From positions 26,527 to 90,526 of the forward strand of contig JAAVYV010000076.1 in assembly GCA_022791325.1 (NCBI GenBank): a DNA stretch of 64,000 bases. Reading direction: 5' to 3'. The notes under the pieces are model-generated. The model was not told the DNA's origin and searched no databases. It was given only the letters and a program-made list of their open reading frames with translations. Numbering within the stretch: the stretch's first letter is position 1; every line of letters starts with the position of its first letter. The stretch comes from Clostridia bacterium (GTDB lineage Bacteria > Bacillota > Clostridia > TANB77 > CAG-508). The position numbers and the translations under genes were made by a program. This document shows, piece after piece, positions 1 through 10,461 of the stretch.

Positions 1-129
1 GGCACCGTTTGTGGGAATACTTTATTAGCAATGACACCACTGTGCCCTTTTATTCATTCAAAGAAATTACATTAAAAAATATTAAATATATCTATAAATA
101 ATAACAAACTAATTTAGAAAGGATATAAA

Positions 130-594
130 ATGAAAAAAGTAACATGGATAATAATAATAGCTCTAATAATACTAGCAGGAATAATATGTGCAGTAGTATA
201 TGACCAAGCAAAAAAAACAGTACCAAGTGCTAATCTAGACACTAACAATATAAACAATATGCAAGAAAACGATAACCTAACAAATAAAGTAGATAACAAT
301 GAAACACAAAATGAAGTAGTGCAAAATGAAATAATAGAAAACGAAATAACATCAAATACGCAAGAAGGAGAAAATAAAGAACCAGAAAATAATCAAAAAG
401 CCGAAGAAGAAAAAGCTATACAAATAGTAAAAAAAGACTATAAACAATCAGAAAATGTAGAATTCAGTAGCGAAGGAACAGACTCAGAAGGAAATAGAAT
501 AATAGTAGTAAGAGACCCAGAAACAACACAAGCATTAGCATTCTACTATGTAAATACATCAAAAAGTACATTTACAAAAAAAGAAATGAATTAA
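130..594 (+). CDS. hypothetical membrane-anchored protein with an Asn/Glu-rich linker
   Basis: 154 aa ORF. The N-terminus MKKVTWIIIIALIILAGIICAVV is a single hydrophobic helix. No recognisable domain. Confidence 0.5.
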   Translation: MKKVTWIIIIALIILAGIICAVVYDQAKKTVPSANLDTNNINNMQENDNLTNKVDNNETQNEVVQNEIIENEITSNTQEGENKEPENNQKAEEEKAIQIVKKDYKQSENVEFSSEGTDSEGNRIIVVRDPETTQALAFYYVNTSKSTFTKKEMN

Positions 595-748
595 AAATAA
601 ATAATACTAATAATAAAATATATATGTAGGGGTCGTGGCCATCAGCGACCTGTGTTTCAAAGAAACTACTAAAATATTAACCTACTAGTAATTTCAGTGA
701 AATATAGTATATGATAGTATTTATAATAGAGGAGAAAAGGAAGAAAAC

Positions 749-973
749 ATGGAAGAAATGAACTTTGAAGAAACAATGGAAAAGCTAGAACAAATAGCAA
801 ACACATTAGAAAAAGGAGACTTAAGCTTAGAAGAATCACTTGTAAAATTTGAAGAAGGAATGAAACTATCAAAAAAATGCAATGAAATATTAGAAAATGC
901 ACAAAGAAAAATAACAATTCTACTTTCAAAAGAAGGAGAGCTTAAAGAAGAAGAATTTAAGCCAGAGGAATAA
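749..973 (+). CDS. xseB: exodeoxyribonuclease VII small subunit
   Basis: 74 aa. FEETMEKLEQI..LEKGDLSLEESL..FEEG..L pattern and size are typical of XseB. RBS gaggagaaaagg lies upstream. Confidence 0.85.
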   Translation: MEEMNFEETMEKLEQIANTLEKGDLSLEESLVKFEEGMKLSKKCNEILENAQRKITILLSKEGELKEEEFKPEE

Positions 974-994
974 AAGGAAAAAAAGGGGAAAACA

Positions 995-1426
995 ATGAAC
1001 TTTTATGAACAATATAGATATCTAATAATACCATTATTAACATGGTTTTGTATACAATCATTTAAAGTAATATGGGAATTAATCGCAACAAAAAAATTAA
1101 ACTTTAAAAGAATAATAGGGGCAGGAGGAATGCCAAGTTCACATTCAGCAATAGTAATGGTATTAACAACAATGATAGGAAAAGAGTATGGAATAACGTC
1201 ACCAATATTTGCAATGTCACTAATATTTTCAGCAGTAGTAATGTATGATGCAGCAGGAGTAAGAAGAGCCGCAGGAAAACAAGCGAAACTATTAAACAAA
1301 ATAGTATCAACGCCAGGTCTAACAAACATACAAATGCAAGAAAAGCTAGTAGAAGTACTAGGTCATACCCCAATACAAGTAATAGTAGGGGCCACAATAG
1401 GAATAATAGTAGGGCTAATTGCCTAA
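995..1426 (+). CDS. divergent PAP2 / DUF212 (YuiD-like) membrane protein
   Basis: 143 aa. Carries the family motifs GGMPSSHSA and MYDAAGVRRAAGKQA. Multi-pass hydrophobic profile. Confidence 0.8.
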   Translation: MNFYEQYRYLIIPLLTWFCIQSFKVIWELIATKKLNFKRIIGAGGMPSSHSAIVMVLTTMIGKEYGITSPIFAMSLIFSAVVMYDAAGVRRAAGKQAKLLNKIVSTPGLTNIQMQEKLVEVLGHTPIQVIVGATIGIIVGLIA

Positions 1427-1527
1427 AAAAAATGTCAATAGGGACGGGCTTTTTTGACACAAAGTTGTCAAAAGGGACAGCCTTAATAAAAATTAGAAAA
1501 GAGGGAAAAGTGGAAAATAAATATAAT

Positions 1528-2160
1528 ATGTCAAAAGAAGATAACATCTTTTTTGCCAAAAGAAAGCTAGTTGACAATATATATAAAAGTGCAAATCTAG
1601 AAGGAATAGCAGTAACATTCGCAGACACATATTCATTTATGAATAATGTAAATACTGGAAACATATCTATAGATGATATGCTAAAACTAAAAGGGTTGAA
1701 AGACACATGGGAATACATACTAAATACCATAGATGAAGAACTAACAATAGACTATATAAAAAGAATTCACTTCGAAATTTGCAAAGGTCAAAATGTACAT
1801 CCTTTAGGAGAATTCAGAAACAAAGGAGTAGGAATAACAGGAACATATTGGAGACCAAAATTGCCACAAGAATGTGATTACAATGCAGAATTAAAACAAA
1901 TATTAGAAAATAAAAATGACTTAGATAAGTGCATAGAAATATTTTGTTGGATTCAGAGAAGCCAAATGTTTTTAGACGGAAATAAAAGAGTAGCAAACCT
2001 AGTAGCCAATAAAGAAATGATAAAAAGCGGTCAAGGAATAATAGCAGTTCCAGTAGAAAAAATAGGTGAATATTTTACAAAATTAATAAACTATTATGAA
2101 ACAGGTGAAAATGCAGAATTAAAAGAATGGATATATGATAATTGTATAGATGGAATATAA
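1528..2160 (+). CDS. Fic/DOC family protein (degenerate Fic motif)
   Basis: QMFLDGNKRVANLV resembles the HxFxDGNGRxxR Fic core. The ORF track opens at 1432, but its first 32 codons run through a GGGAC-type repeat, so ATG 1528 is preferred. Confidence 0.55.
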   Translation: MSKEDNIFFAKRKLVDNIYKSANLEGIAVTFADTYSFMNNVNTGNISIDDMLKLKGLKDTWEYILNTIDEELTIDYIKRIHFEICKGQNVHPLGEFRNKGVGITGTYWRPKLPQECDYNAELKQILENKNDLDKCIEIFCWIQRSQMFLDGNKRVANLVANKEMIKSGQGIIAVPVEKIGEYFTKLINYYETGENAELKEWIYDNCIDGI

Positions 2161-2201
2161 AGTAGTAGTTAACGAAAATGTAAAAAAATTATTATTTGCA
2201 G

Positions 2202-2230
2202 TTGCATAAAATAAAAAACTATGTTAATAT
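2202..2230 (+). promoter_or_regulatory. candidate sigma-A promoter of the valS leader (TTGCAT-17-TAATAT)
   Basis: -35 ttgcat at 2202..2207, a 17 nt spacer, then -10 taatat at 2225..2230, just upstream of the T-box leader. Confidence 0.4.
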
Positions 2231-2244
2231 ATATAGTATAGTAA

Positions 2245-2518
2245 TAAAAACAAAGAAAAAGAGGAGTAAGTTTAAACTAACTATAAAAGAGAAAAGAAGT
2301 GGGTACGCTGAGAGCTTCTTATAGAAAAGAAAACTGAAGGTAGCTTTGGAGTTGGAATAGAGAAAAATAAAAAAGTAACTATTCTCGCATAAGCATGCGT
2401 TAAAAGCTAATTAAGATTGCAAGCATAAAAAACAAAAAGCGAAATAAAAAAATGCTTGTAAATTAAGGTGGTACCGTGAGAAAAATATGCTCGCCCTTAT
2501 TATAGGGGCGAGTTTTTT
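2245..2518 (+). promoter_or_regulatory. T-box leader (tRNA-sensing riboswitch) controlling valS
   Basis: Conserved T-box sequence aaattaaggtggtaccgtgag at 2460..2480. It is followed by the terminator hairpin ctcgccc-ttattata-ggggcgag plus a T-run at 2490..2518. It sits directly upstream of an aminoacyl-tRNA synthetase gene. Confidence 0.8.
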
Positions 2519-2636
2519 GAATTCAACCAAAAGGGACGCCCCTTTTTTGAAAAAATCAACCAAAAGGGACGGTGGATTTTCGAAAAAAATTTTTGAAAAA
2601 AGGACGTCCCTTTTAGTTGAAAAAAAGAAAGGATAG

Positions 2637-5324
2637 ATGAATATGTGTAGTAAACAAGAATTAGAAGGAAAATATGAACCAAAAAGTTTTGAAGAAGAAA
2701 TTTATAAAAATTGGGAGGAAAAAGGTTACTTTAAACCATCAGAAGATAAAACAAAAGTACCATATACAATAGTTATTCCACCACCAAACATTACAGGAAA
2801 ACTTCATATGGGTCATGCTTTAGATGATACAATTCAAGATATATTAATAAGATATAAAAGAATGCAAGGATTTAACACTCTTTGGGTTCCAGGTACTGAC
2901 CATGCTGCTATAGCAACAGAAGCTAAAATTGTAGCAAAAATGAAAGAAGCAGGTATCACAAAAGAGGATATTGGAAGAGAAGGATTTTTAGAAAGAGCTT
3001 GGGATTGGAAAAAAGAATATGGTGGAATTATTATAAATCAAATTAAAAAGTTAGGATGCTCATGTGACTGGTCAAGAGAAAGATTCACAATGGATGAAGG
3101 TTTATCAAAAGCAGTTAAATATGTATTTGTTAAATTATATGAAAAAGGCTTAATTTATAAAGGAAAGAAAATGATAAACTGGTGCCCAAACTGTAATACA
3201 TCTATTTCAGATGCAGAGGTTGAATACGAAGAAGAACCTACACATTTATGGCATATACGTTATAAAGTAAAAGATGAAGATAGGTACATTATAGTAGCAA
3301 CAACAAGGCCAGAAACAATGCTTGGAGATACAGGTGTTGCTGTTCACCCTTCAGATGAAAGATATAAAGATTTAGTTGGAAAAACTGTTATTCTTCCAAT
3401 TATGAACAAAGAAATACCAATAATAGCAGACCCATTTGTTGAAAAAGAATTTGGAACAGGAGCTGTAAAACTAACACCAGCACATGACCCTAATGACTAT
3501 CAAGCAGCTTTAACTCATAACCTAGAAATAATAGAAGTATTTGACGAAAACTTCAAAATGGGAAACTTAGTACCTGAACTAAAAGGTATGGACTTATTAG
3601 AAGCAAGAGAACAAATAGTTAAAATGTTAGAAAAAAACGGAGACTTAGTAAAAATAGAAGACTATACACATAATGTAGGAAAATGCTACAGATGCCACAG
3701 CACAATAGAGCCACATATTTCAGAGCAATGGTTTGTTAAAATGGAACCTTTAGCAAAGCCAGCAAATGAAGCAATAAGAAGTGGAAAAGTTAAATTTATA
3801 CCACAAAAATATGAAAAAACATATTTTGCATGGATGGATAATGTAAAAGATTGGTGTATTTCAAGACAATTATGGTGGGGACATAGAATACCAGCATATT
3901 ATTGTGAAGATTGTAAAGAAGTAATGGTAACAAGTGAGGCACCAGAAAAATGTACAAAATGTGGAAGTGAGCATATACATCAAGATGAAGACACACTAGA
4001 CACATGGTTTAGTTCAGCATTATGGCCATTTTCAACACTAGGTTGGCCAGAGCAAACAGAAGACTTTAAATATTTCTACCCAACATCTACATTAGTTACA
4101 GGATATGATATTATATTCTTCTGGGTAGCGAGAATGATATTCTCTGGAATTGAACACACAGGAGTAGAACCATTTAAAGATATTGTAATACATGGAATAG
4201 TAAGAGACGCACAAGGAAGAAAAATGTCAAAAAGCTTAGGCAATGGAATTGACCCACTAGAAATAATAGAAAAATATGGAACAGATGCCCTAAGATTTTC
4301 ACTAATACTAGGAATATCAGCAGGAAATGATATAAGATATATGCCAGAAAAACTAGACCAAGCTTCAAACTTTGCAAATAAAATATGGAATGCTGCTAAG
4401 TTTATAACCATGAATAGTGTAAATGATGAAGAAATTATAAAATATCACGAAGAAAACTATATTAAAGAAACAAAAACATGGAAAGAAAATAGCTTAAATA
4501 TAGAAGATAAATGGATAATAAATAAGCTAAATAAACTAGTAAAAGAAGTTTCAATAAATATAGATAACTATGACTTAGGTGTTGCACTTCAAAAAATATA
4601 TGACTTTGTATGGAATGAGTTCTGTGATTGGTATATAGAAATGGTAAAAGAAAGACTATATAGTGATAATGATGAAGAAAAAGTAAAAGTTTGCTATGTA
4701 TTAGATTATGTATTTGGAATCACAATGAAACTATTACATCCATTTATGCCATTTGTAACAACTAAAATTTATAAAAGTTTAGTTAGATACAATGATAAAG
4801 ATTTAATGGTATCAAGATGGCCAAAATATAAAGAAGAATTAAAATTTGAAAAAGAAGAAAATCAAATAGAACAATTAAAAGAAGTAATAGTAGCAATAAG
4901 AAACTTACGTACAAACATGAATGTTCACCCAAGTAAAAAGTCAAAATTAATATTTGTAACAACAGGATTAGAGGATATGATTAATTCATGTAAATCTATA
5001 ATAAAAAAATTAGGATTTGCAAATGAAATAGAAGTAAGAAGTGCAAGAGGTGAAAGAGAACAAAATGCTTCTACTATAATGACAGAAGGAATGGAAGTTA
5101 TAATACCATTTGGAGATTTAGTAGATAAAGAAGAAGAAACAAAAAGATTGCAAGAGGAAATAAAAAAATTAGAATCAGAAGTTACAAGATGTGAAAAAAT
5201 GCTTTCAAACCCAGGCTTTACCTCAAAAGCACCAGCACAAAAAATAGAAGAAGAAAAAGCAAAACTTGCCAAATATACAGAAATGTTAAAAGCTTCTAGG
5301 GAAAGATTAGAAGGAATAAAATAG
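2637..5324 (+). CDS. valS: valine--tRNA ligase
   Basis: 895 aa intact ORF. Class I motifs are present (PPPNITGKLHMGHAL, KMSKSLGN) with a coiled-coil C-terminus. No CGG codon in frame. Confidence 0.97.
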   Translation: MNMCSKQELEGKYEPKSFEEEIYKNWEEKGYFKPSEDKTKVPYTIVIPPPNITGKLHMGHALDDTIQDILIRYKRMQGFNTLWVPGTDHAAIATEAKIVAKMKEAGITKEDIGREGFLERAWDWKKEYGGIIINQIKKLGCSCDWSRERFTMDEGLSKAVKYVFVKLYEKGLIYKGKKMINWCPNCNTSISDAEVEYEEEPTHLWHIRYKVKDEDRYIIVATTRPETMLGDTGVAVHPSDERYKDLVGKTVILPIMNKEIPIIADPFVEKEFGTGAVKLTPAHDPNDYQAALTHNLEIIEVFDENFKMGNLVPELKGMDLLEAREQIVKMLEKNGDLVKIEDYTHNVGKCYRCHSTIEPHISEQWFVKMEPLAKPANEAIRSGKVKFIPQKYEKTYFAWMDNVKDWCISRQLWWGHRIPAYYCEDCKEVMVTSEAPEKCTKCGSEHIHQDEDTLDTWFSSALWPFSTLGWPEQTEDFKYFYPTSTLVTGYDIIFFWVARMIFSGIEHTGVEPFKDIVIHGIVRDAQGRKMSKSLGNGIDPLEIIEKYGTDALRFSLILGISAGNDIRYMPEKLDQASNFANKIWNAAKFITMNSVNDEEIIKYHEENYIKETKTWKENSLNIEDKWIINKLNKLVKEVSINIDNYDLGVALQKIYDFVWNEFCDWYIEMVKERLYSDNDEEKVKVCYVLDYVFGITMKLLHPFMPFVTTKIYKSLVRYNDKDLMVSRWPKYKEELKFEKEENQIEQLKEVIVAIRNLRTNMNVHPSKKSKLIFVTTGLEDMINSCKSIIKKLGFANEIEVRSARGEREQNASTIMTEGMEVIIPFGDLVDKEEETKRLQEEIKKLESEVTRCEKMLSNPGFTSKAPAQKIEEEKAKLAKYTEMLKASRERLEGIK

Positions 5325-5487
5325 GTTAAAGCACGCTAGGGACGGTCCTTTTCGTTCCGAATTCGGAACGCTGGGGACACTCCTTTAGAAAATATATAAT
5401 GATATTTTTAGTTAAATGCTGAAAAAAGTAATAGATCAAAGGCATACAATAAAAGAGATAATATTTGAAATTAAATATTATCTCTTT

Positions 5488-5697
5488 TTATGCATATTTA
5501 TTATTAACAATACCTCTTATATATTCTCCAATTTCCTCATCAGTTAAATCTAACATAGTAATTAAATTTTTGAGAACATCTCTCCTAGGTAAATCTTCTT
5601 CTTTATCGATTCTAACATATTGTCTTAAACTTATATTTAATAACTCAGCCATATTTTCCTGAGTATAATTTTTTAACTTTCTTTTCTCTTTAATCAT
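5488..5697 (-). CDS. XRE-family helix-turn-helix transcriptional regulator
   Basis: MIKEKRKLKNYTQENMAELLNISLRQYVRIDK is a classic HTH_3 pattern. The start is moved to the internal Met at 5697. It lies divergent to the pilin-like gene array. Confidence 0.75.
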   Translation of the reverse strand: MIKEKRKLKNYTQENMAELLNISLRQYVRIDKEEDLPRRDVLKNLITMLDLTDEEIGEYIRGIVNNKYA

Positions 5698-5744
5698 CGA
5701 ATAATCACCATAAATATTATGACATAAAAACGGAAAAATAAATA

Positions 5745-5773
5745 TTGACATTAAATGTCATGTTTAATATAAT
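5745..5773 (+). promoter_or_regulatory. consensus sigma-A promoter (TTGACA-17-TATAAT) with an embedded palindrome TGACATTAAATGTCA
   Basis: ttgaca at 5745..5750, a 17 nt spacer, tataat at 5768..5773. A perfect inverted repeat tgacat-taa-atgtca at 5746..5760 overlaps the -35 and spacer. Confidence 0.7.
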
Positions 5774-5807
5774 GAATTTGCAAAAGAATAATATTAGGAG
5801 GAAACCA

Positions 5808-7262
5808 ATGAAAAATAAAGGGATTACTTTAATAACATTAGTCATTACAATAGTATTATTAATAATATTAGCAGGAATAATGATAAATGTAGGATTAGGA
5901 GAAAATGGCTTATTTACAAGAGCAAAAGAAGCACGAAATAAATATTTGGTAGCGGAAAAAGAAGAAGAGAGAATGTTAAATGAGTTATATAAAGAGTTGG
6001 GAATAGAAGAGAATTTGCCAGAAAATACACAAGAAACAGAAGCAGGAACAATAGTAAGAACTCCCGAGAAATGGAAAACAACGCTTCCAAACTATGTAGA
6101 TGCACAAACAGGTAACCAAGTAAAAGACAGTTATAAAGTATCAAGTGTATATGCAGTAGCAGTAGGAAATGGAAGCCAAATACCAGTACCACTAGAATTT
6201 TACTATGTAGGAGGAAACTTAGAAAGTGGAATAGTAATATCAGATAACAGTGAAGATAGAAATAAAGATGCAGGCAAACCAGATGTAAGAAAAGAACTAA
6301 AAGGAAATCAATTTGTATGGATACCATGTACTGAAGAAGACTACCATAAGATAAGTTTTCGGGAGTTCTTTTGAAAACGCAGAGTGGGATAAACAAACCA
6401 GTTCATTAGAATTACCTCAAATAAGAAAATATGGAGGATTTTATATAGGCAGGTATGAAGCAGGAGTAGGAACGCTAAATAAAGAAAAAGAACAATCTGG
6501 GGAGACAAATCCATTTGATTACACAGTAACATTTGAAAATGGAGCATCACTATTTAATAGAGTAACAATACAACCAGGATTAGCTAGTGAATGGACAGCA
6601 TGGCAAAATTATAATTTTACAGCAAAAAGAAAAGGAACACCAGTAAATAATGTAAGCAATAAAGCAACAGGAAATATTACAGTAAAAGCTGACAGTATAC
6701 CATACTATCATGCAGATTATTATACATCAGAAGAAATGAGCGAAAGATTATATAGAAATCATCCATATGTAAATAGTGGATTAGTAACAGGAACAATGTG
6801 GGATGTAATGATGAAGTATATGCGGAGACAATGGTATAGATATGACAACAACAAACTGGGGAAACTATGATGATGTTACATTAACAAACTTAAGCCGGAT
6901 ATTATACAAATATGACACCATCAGGTTCAAATTTTGGGGAAACAGATGGATTTAAAAGTGCTAAAACAATAAGTACGAATAGTGGAACAAATTCATATGT
7001 AATACTAACGACAGGTTCAACAGAACAAGTAAAGAAAATGAATTTATATGATGTAGCAGGTAACCTATGGGAGTGGACTACAGAGGTAGCATATCTTAAT
7101 GACATAAATTATGCAAGAAATATAAACTACAACACATATATGCTTCGTGGAGGTGGATTTGAACATTCATACGAGACTGGAGCTCCATGTTTTCGTGCAT
7201 ATTATTATGCACCTTATACTAGTACCAACTTTGGTTTTCGTCCAGTACTTTTTCTTCAATAA
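5808..7262 (+). CDS. pilin-like N-terminal anchor + FGE-sulfatase (SUMF1, C-type-lectin-like) domain protein, paralogue 1; needs three +1 shifts at CGG
   Basis: RBS aggagg lies upstream. The N-terminus KGITLITLVITIVLLIILAGI is prepilin-like. C-terminal FGE motifs are GFYIGRYEAG, LYDVAGNLWEWTTE, LRGGG and GFRPVLF. Segments 5808..6362, 6361..6825, 6824..6898 and 6897..7262 join at 0-frame CGG codons 6360, 6823 and 6896. Confidence 0.75.
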
Positions 7263-7309
7263 AGCTAATACAGTTAAGTAATACAAGTAAAAATAATTAG
7301 GAGGAACAA

Positions 7310-8791
7310 ATGAAAAGCAAAGATGTAAAAGAAAAAATAAAAAATAGATTGGGGAAAATTCAAGGAATAACCTTAATAACATTAGTAATAACAATAGTAT
7401 TATTAATAATATTAGCAGGAATAATGATAAATATAGGATTAGGAGAAAATGGACTATTTACAAGAGCAAAAGAAGCACGAAATAAATATTTGACAGCAGA
7501 AAAAGAAGAAGAGAAAATGTTAAATGAGTTATATAAAGAGTTAGGAATAGAAGAGGAATTGCCAGAAAATACTCAAGAAACAGAAGCAGGAACAGTGGTA
7601 AAAACCCCAGAAAAATGGAAAACAACACTTCCAAACTATATAAATGCACAAACGGGTGAACAAGTAAAGGAAAGTTATAAAGTATCAAGTGTATATGCAG
7701 TAGCAGTAGGAAATGGAAAAAGTGTGCCAGTACCACTAGAATTTTACTATGTAGGAGGAAACTTAGAAAGCGGAATAGTAATATCAGATAATATAGAAGA
7801 TAAAAATAAAGATGCTGGAAAAGCAGATGTAACAAAAGAATTAAAAGGAAATCAATTTGTATGGATACCATGTACGATTTCAGACTATCATAAAATAGAC
7901 TTTCGGAACTTCATATAGAACTGCTGAATGGGATAGGGAAACTACTGAGTCAGAATTACCACAAATAGAAAAGTATGAAGGATTTTATATAGCTAGATAT
8001 GAGGCAGGAGTAGGAACACTAAACAAAGAAAAAGAACAAGCAGGAGAAGCAAATCCATTTGACTATACAGTAACATTTGCAAATGGAGCCTCTTTATTTA
8101 ATAGTGTGGAAGAACAAGTAGGATTAATTAATGGATGGACATGGCAAAATTATAATTTCACAGCGAAAAGAGAGGGAACACCTATAAATAATGTAACAAA
8201 CAAAGCAACACGGAAATATAGTAGTAAAAGCAGATAGCATACCATATTACCATGCAGACTATTATACTGCAAAAGAAATGAGTAGAAGGTTATATGAAAG
8301 TCATAAATATGTAAAAAGTGGATTGGTAACAGGAACTATGTGGGATGTAATGATGAAATATATGCGGAGATAATGGAATAAATGTAACTGCATCTGATTG
8401 GGGAAATTATGATAATATTTCATTAACAAATTTAAGTGGATATTATACAAATGTGTCAGGAACAGGAGAAACAGATGGATTTAAAAGTTCTAAAACAATA
8501 AGTACGAATAGTGAAATAGATTCATATGTAATACTAACGACAGGTTCAACAGAACAAGTAAAAAAAATGAATTTATATGATGTTGCAGGTAACCTTTGGG
8601 AATGGACTACTGAAGCAGGATATATTAGAGGATTAAATTATGATTATAATGTAAATTATAATACATTTATACTTAGAGGGGGTGCTTTTTCTGACGCATC
8701 TAACAGTTTTTTTGCATGTTTTAGAGGTACAGCATATGCACCTACTGCTTATACTAATGACGGTTTCCGTCTAGCACTTTTTCTTCAATAA
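7310..8791 (+). CDS. pilin-like anchor + FGE-sulfatase domain protein, paralogue 2; needs three +1 shifts at CGG
   Basis: RBS aggagg lies upstream. Same architecture as paralogue 1. The frame is restored at CGG 7904, 8211 and 8365. The last segment matches ORF 8453..8791 (NLWEWTTE, LRGGA, GFRLALF). Confidence 0.75.
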
Positions 8792-8937
8792 AATAAATAA
8801 TAACCAGTTACAAAAATGTTTTTTTATTTGTAAATAAACATTATGTAGCAATGTATATAGTAAAAACAATTACTTTTATTGTTTTTTAAAATATAAAAAT
8901 ATATAATTGAAAAAAATGAAAAAAGGGGAAAGTACGA

Positions 8938-10414
8938 ATGAGAAGTAATCAAAAAAATTTTAAAGGAATTACACTAATATCATTAGTAATAACAATAATA
9001 TTGTTAATAGTATTAGCAGGAATAATGATAAATATAGGGTTAGGAGAAAATGGCTTATTTACAAGAGCAAAAGAAGCACGAAATAAATATTTGACAGCAG
9101 AAAAAGAAGAAGAGAAAATGTTAAATGAGTTATATAAAGAGTTGGGGATAGAAGAAGAATTACCAGACAATACAAAAGAAACAGAAGCAGGAACAATAGT
9201 AAAAACCCCAGAAAAATGGAAAACAACACTTCCAAACTATGTAGATGCGCAAACAGGAAACCAAGTAAAGAAAAGTTACAAAGTAGCAAGTGTATATGCA
9301 GTAGCAGTTGGAAATGGAAAAAGCGTGCCAGTACCACTAGAATTTTACTATGTAGGAGGAACTTTAGAGAGTGGAATAGTAATATCAGATAATATAGAAG
9401 ATAAAAACAAAGATGCAGGAAAGTCTGATGTAACAAAAGAACTAAAAGGGAATCAATTCGTATGGATACCATGTACTATAGAAAATTATCATAAAATAAG
9501 TTTTCGGAAGTTCAGAGGAAGATAGTGGTTGGGATAGAGAAACATCATCAGCAGAGTTAACGCAAATAGAAAAATATGAAGGATTTTATATAGGCAGATA
9601 TGAAGCAGGAGTAGGAACTTTAAATAAAGAGAAAGAACAAAATGGAGAAAGTAATCCATTTGATTATACAGTAACATTTATAGGTGGAGCATCACTATTT
9701 AATAGTGTAAAAACACAAACAGCTATAGCAGGTACAGGTACATGGCAAAATTATGATTTTACAGCCAAAAGAGAAGGAATACCAGCAATAAATGCAACTA
9801 ATAAGGCAAATGGAAATATAACTGTCAAAGCAGATAGTATTCCATATTATCATGCAGACTATTATACAGCAAAAGAAATGAGCAGAAGATTGTATAGTAA
9901 TCATGAATACGTAAAAAGTGGTTTAGTAACAGGAACAATGTGGGATATTATGCTTAAGTATATGAGCGATAATGGAGTAGATATAACATCAGGTAATTGG
10001 GGAAATCGAGCTAATACAACATTAACAAATTTGAGTGGATATTATACAAAAATAATAGAAAAATCAGAAGCAGGAAAGATTGCAGGAGAAACAGAAGGGT
10101 TTAAAAGTGCAAAAACATTAGATACAACAGGAATATGTGCATTATTGACAACAGGCTCAACTGAACAAGTAAAAAAAATGAATTTATATGATATATCAGG
10201 TAATTTATGGGAATGGACAGAAGAGACTGCATATAGTAAAGGTTCTAATTATGATGTTAATGGAAATTACAATTTATATATGCTTCGTGGTGGAGGAGCA
10301 GAAACTCAAACTGCTGGAAATTCAGCATTATATCATATGTATTATCGTGCTGGTAGAAATGCACCTAATGCATGGACTTTATATGGATTTCGTCCAGTAC
10401 TTTTTCTTCAATAA
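8938..10414 (+). CDS. pilin-like anchor + FGE-sulfatase domain protein, paralogue 3; needs one +1 shift at CGG
   Basis: Its own promoter-like TTGTTT-17-TATAAT lies at 8879..8907. A single break at CGG 9505 leads to an open frame from 9506 to the stop at 10414, with no stops on manual translation. Confidence 0.78.
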
Positions 10415-10461
10415 AACATTAATAAAATAGCCTGTATGGCGAAATAAATTTAAATATTATG

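Noticed and set aside
1104-1730. Long antisense ORFs rich in Leu/Phe/Ile (for example 1104..1730, 12335..12844, 53950..54660, 54291..54800, 61145..61723, all on the minus strand)
   Set aside because: They lie opposite well-supported + strand genes, have low-complexity composition typical of the reverse complement of AT-rich purine-rich coding DNA, and lack RBS or domain signatures.
10188-10430. 80-aa + strand ORF in an alternative frame inside paralogue 3
   Set aside because: It lies entirely within the conserved FGE-domain frame of 9878..10414. Its composition is non-protein-like and nothing supports it.
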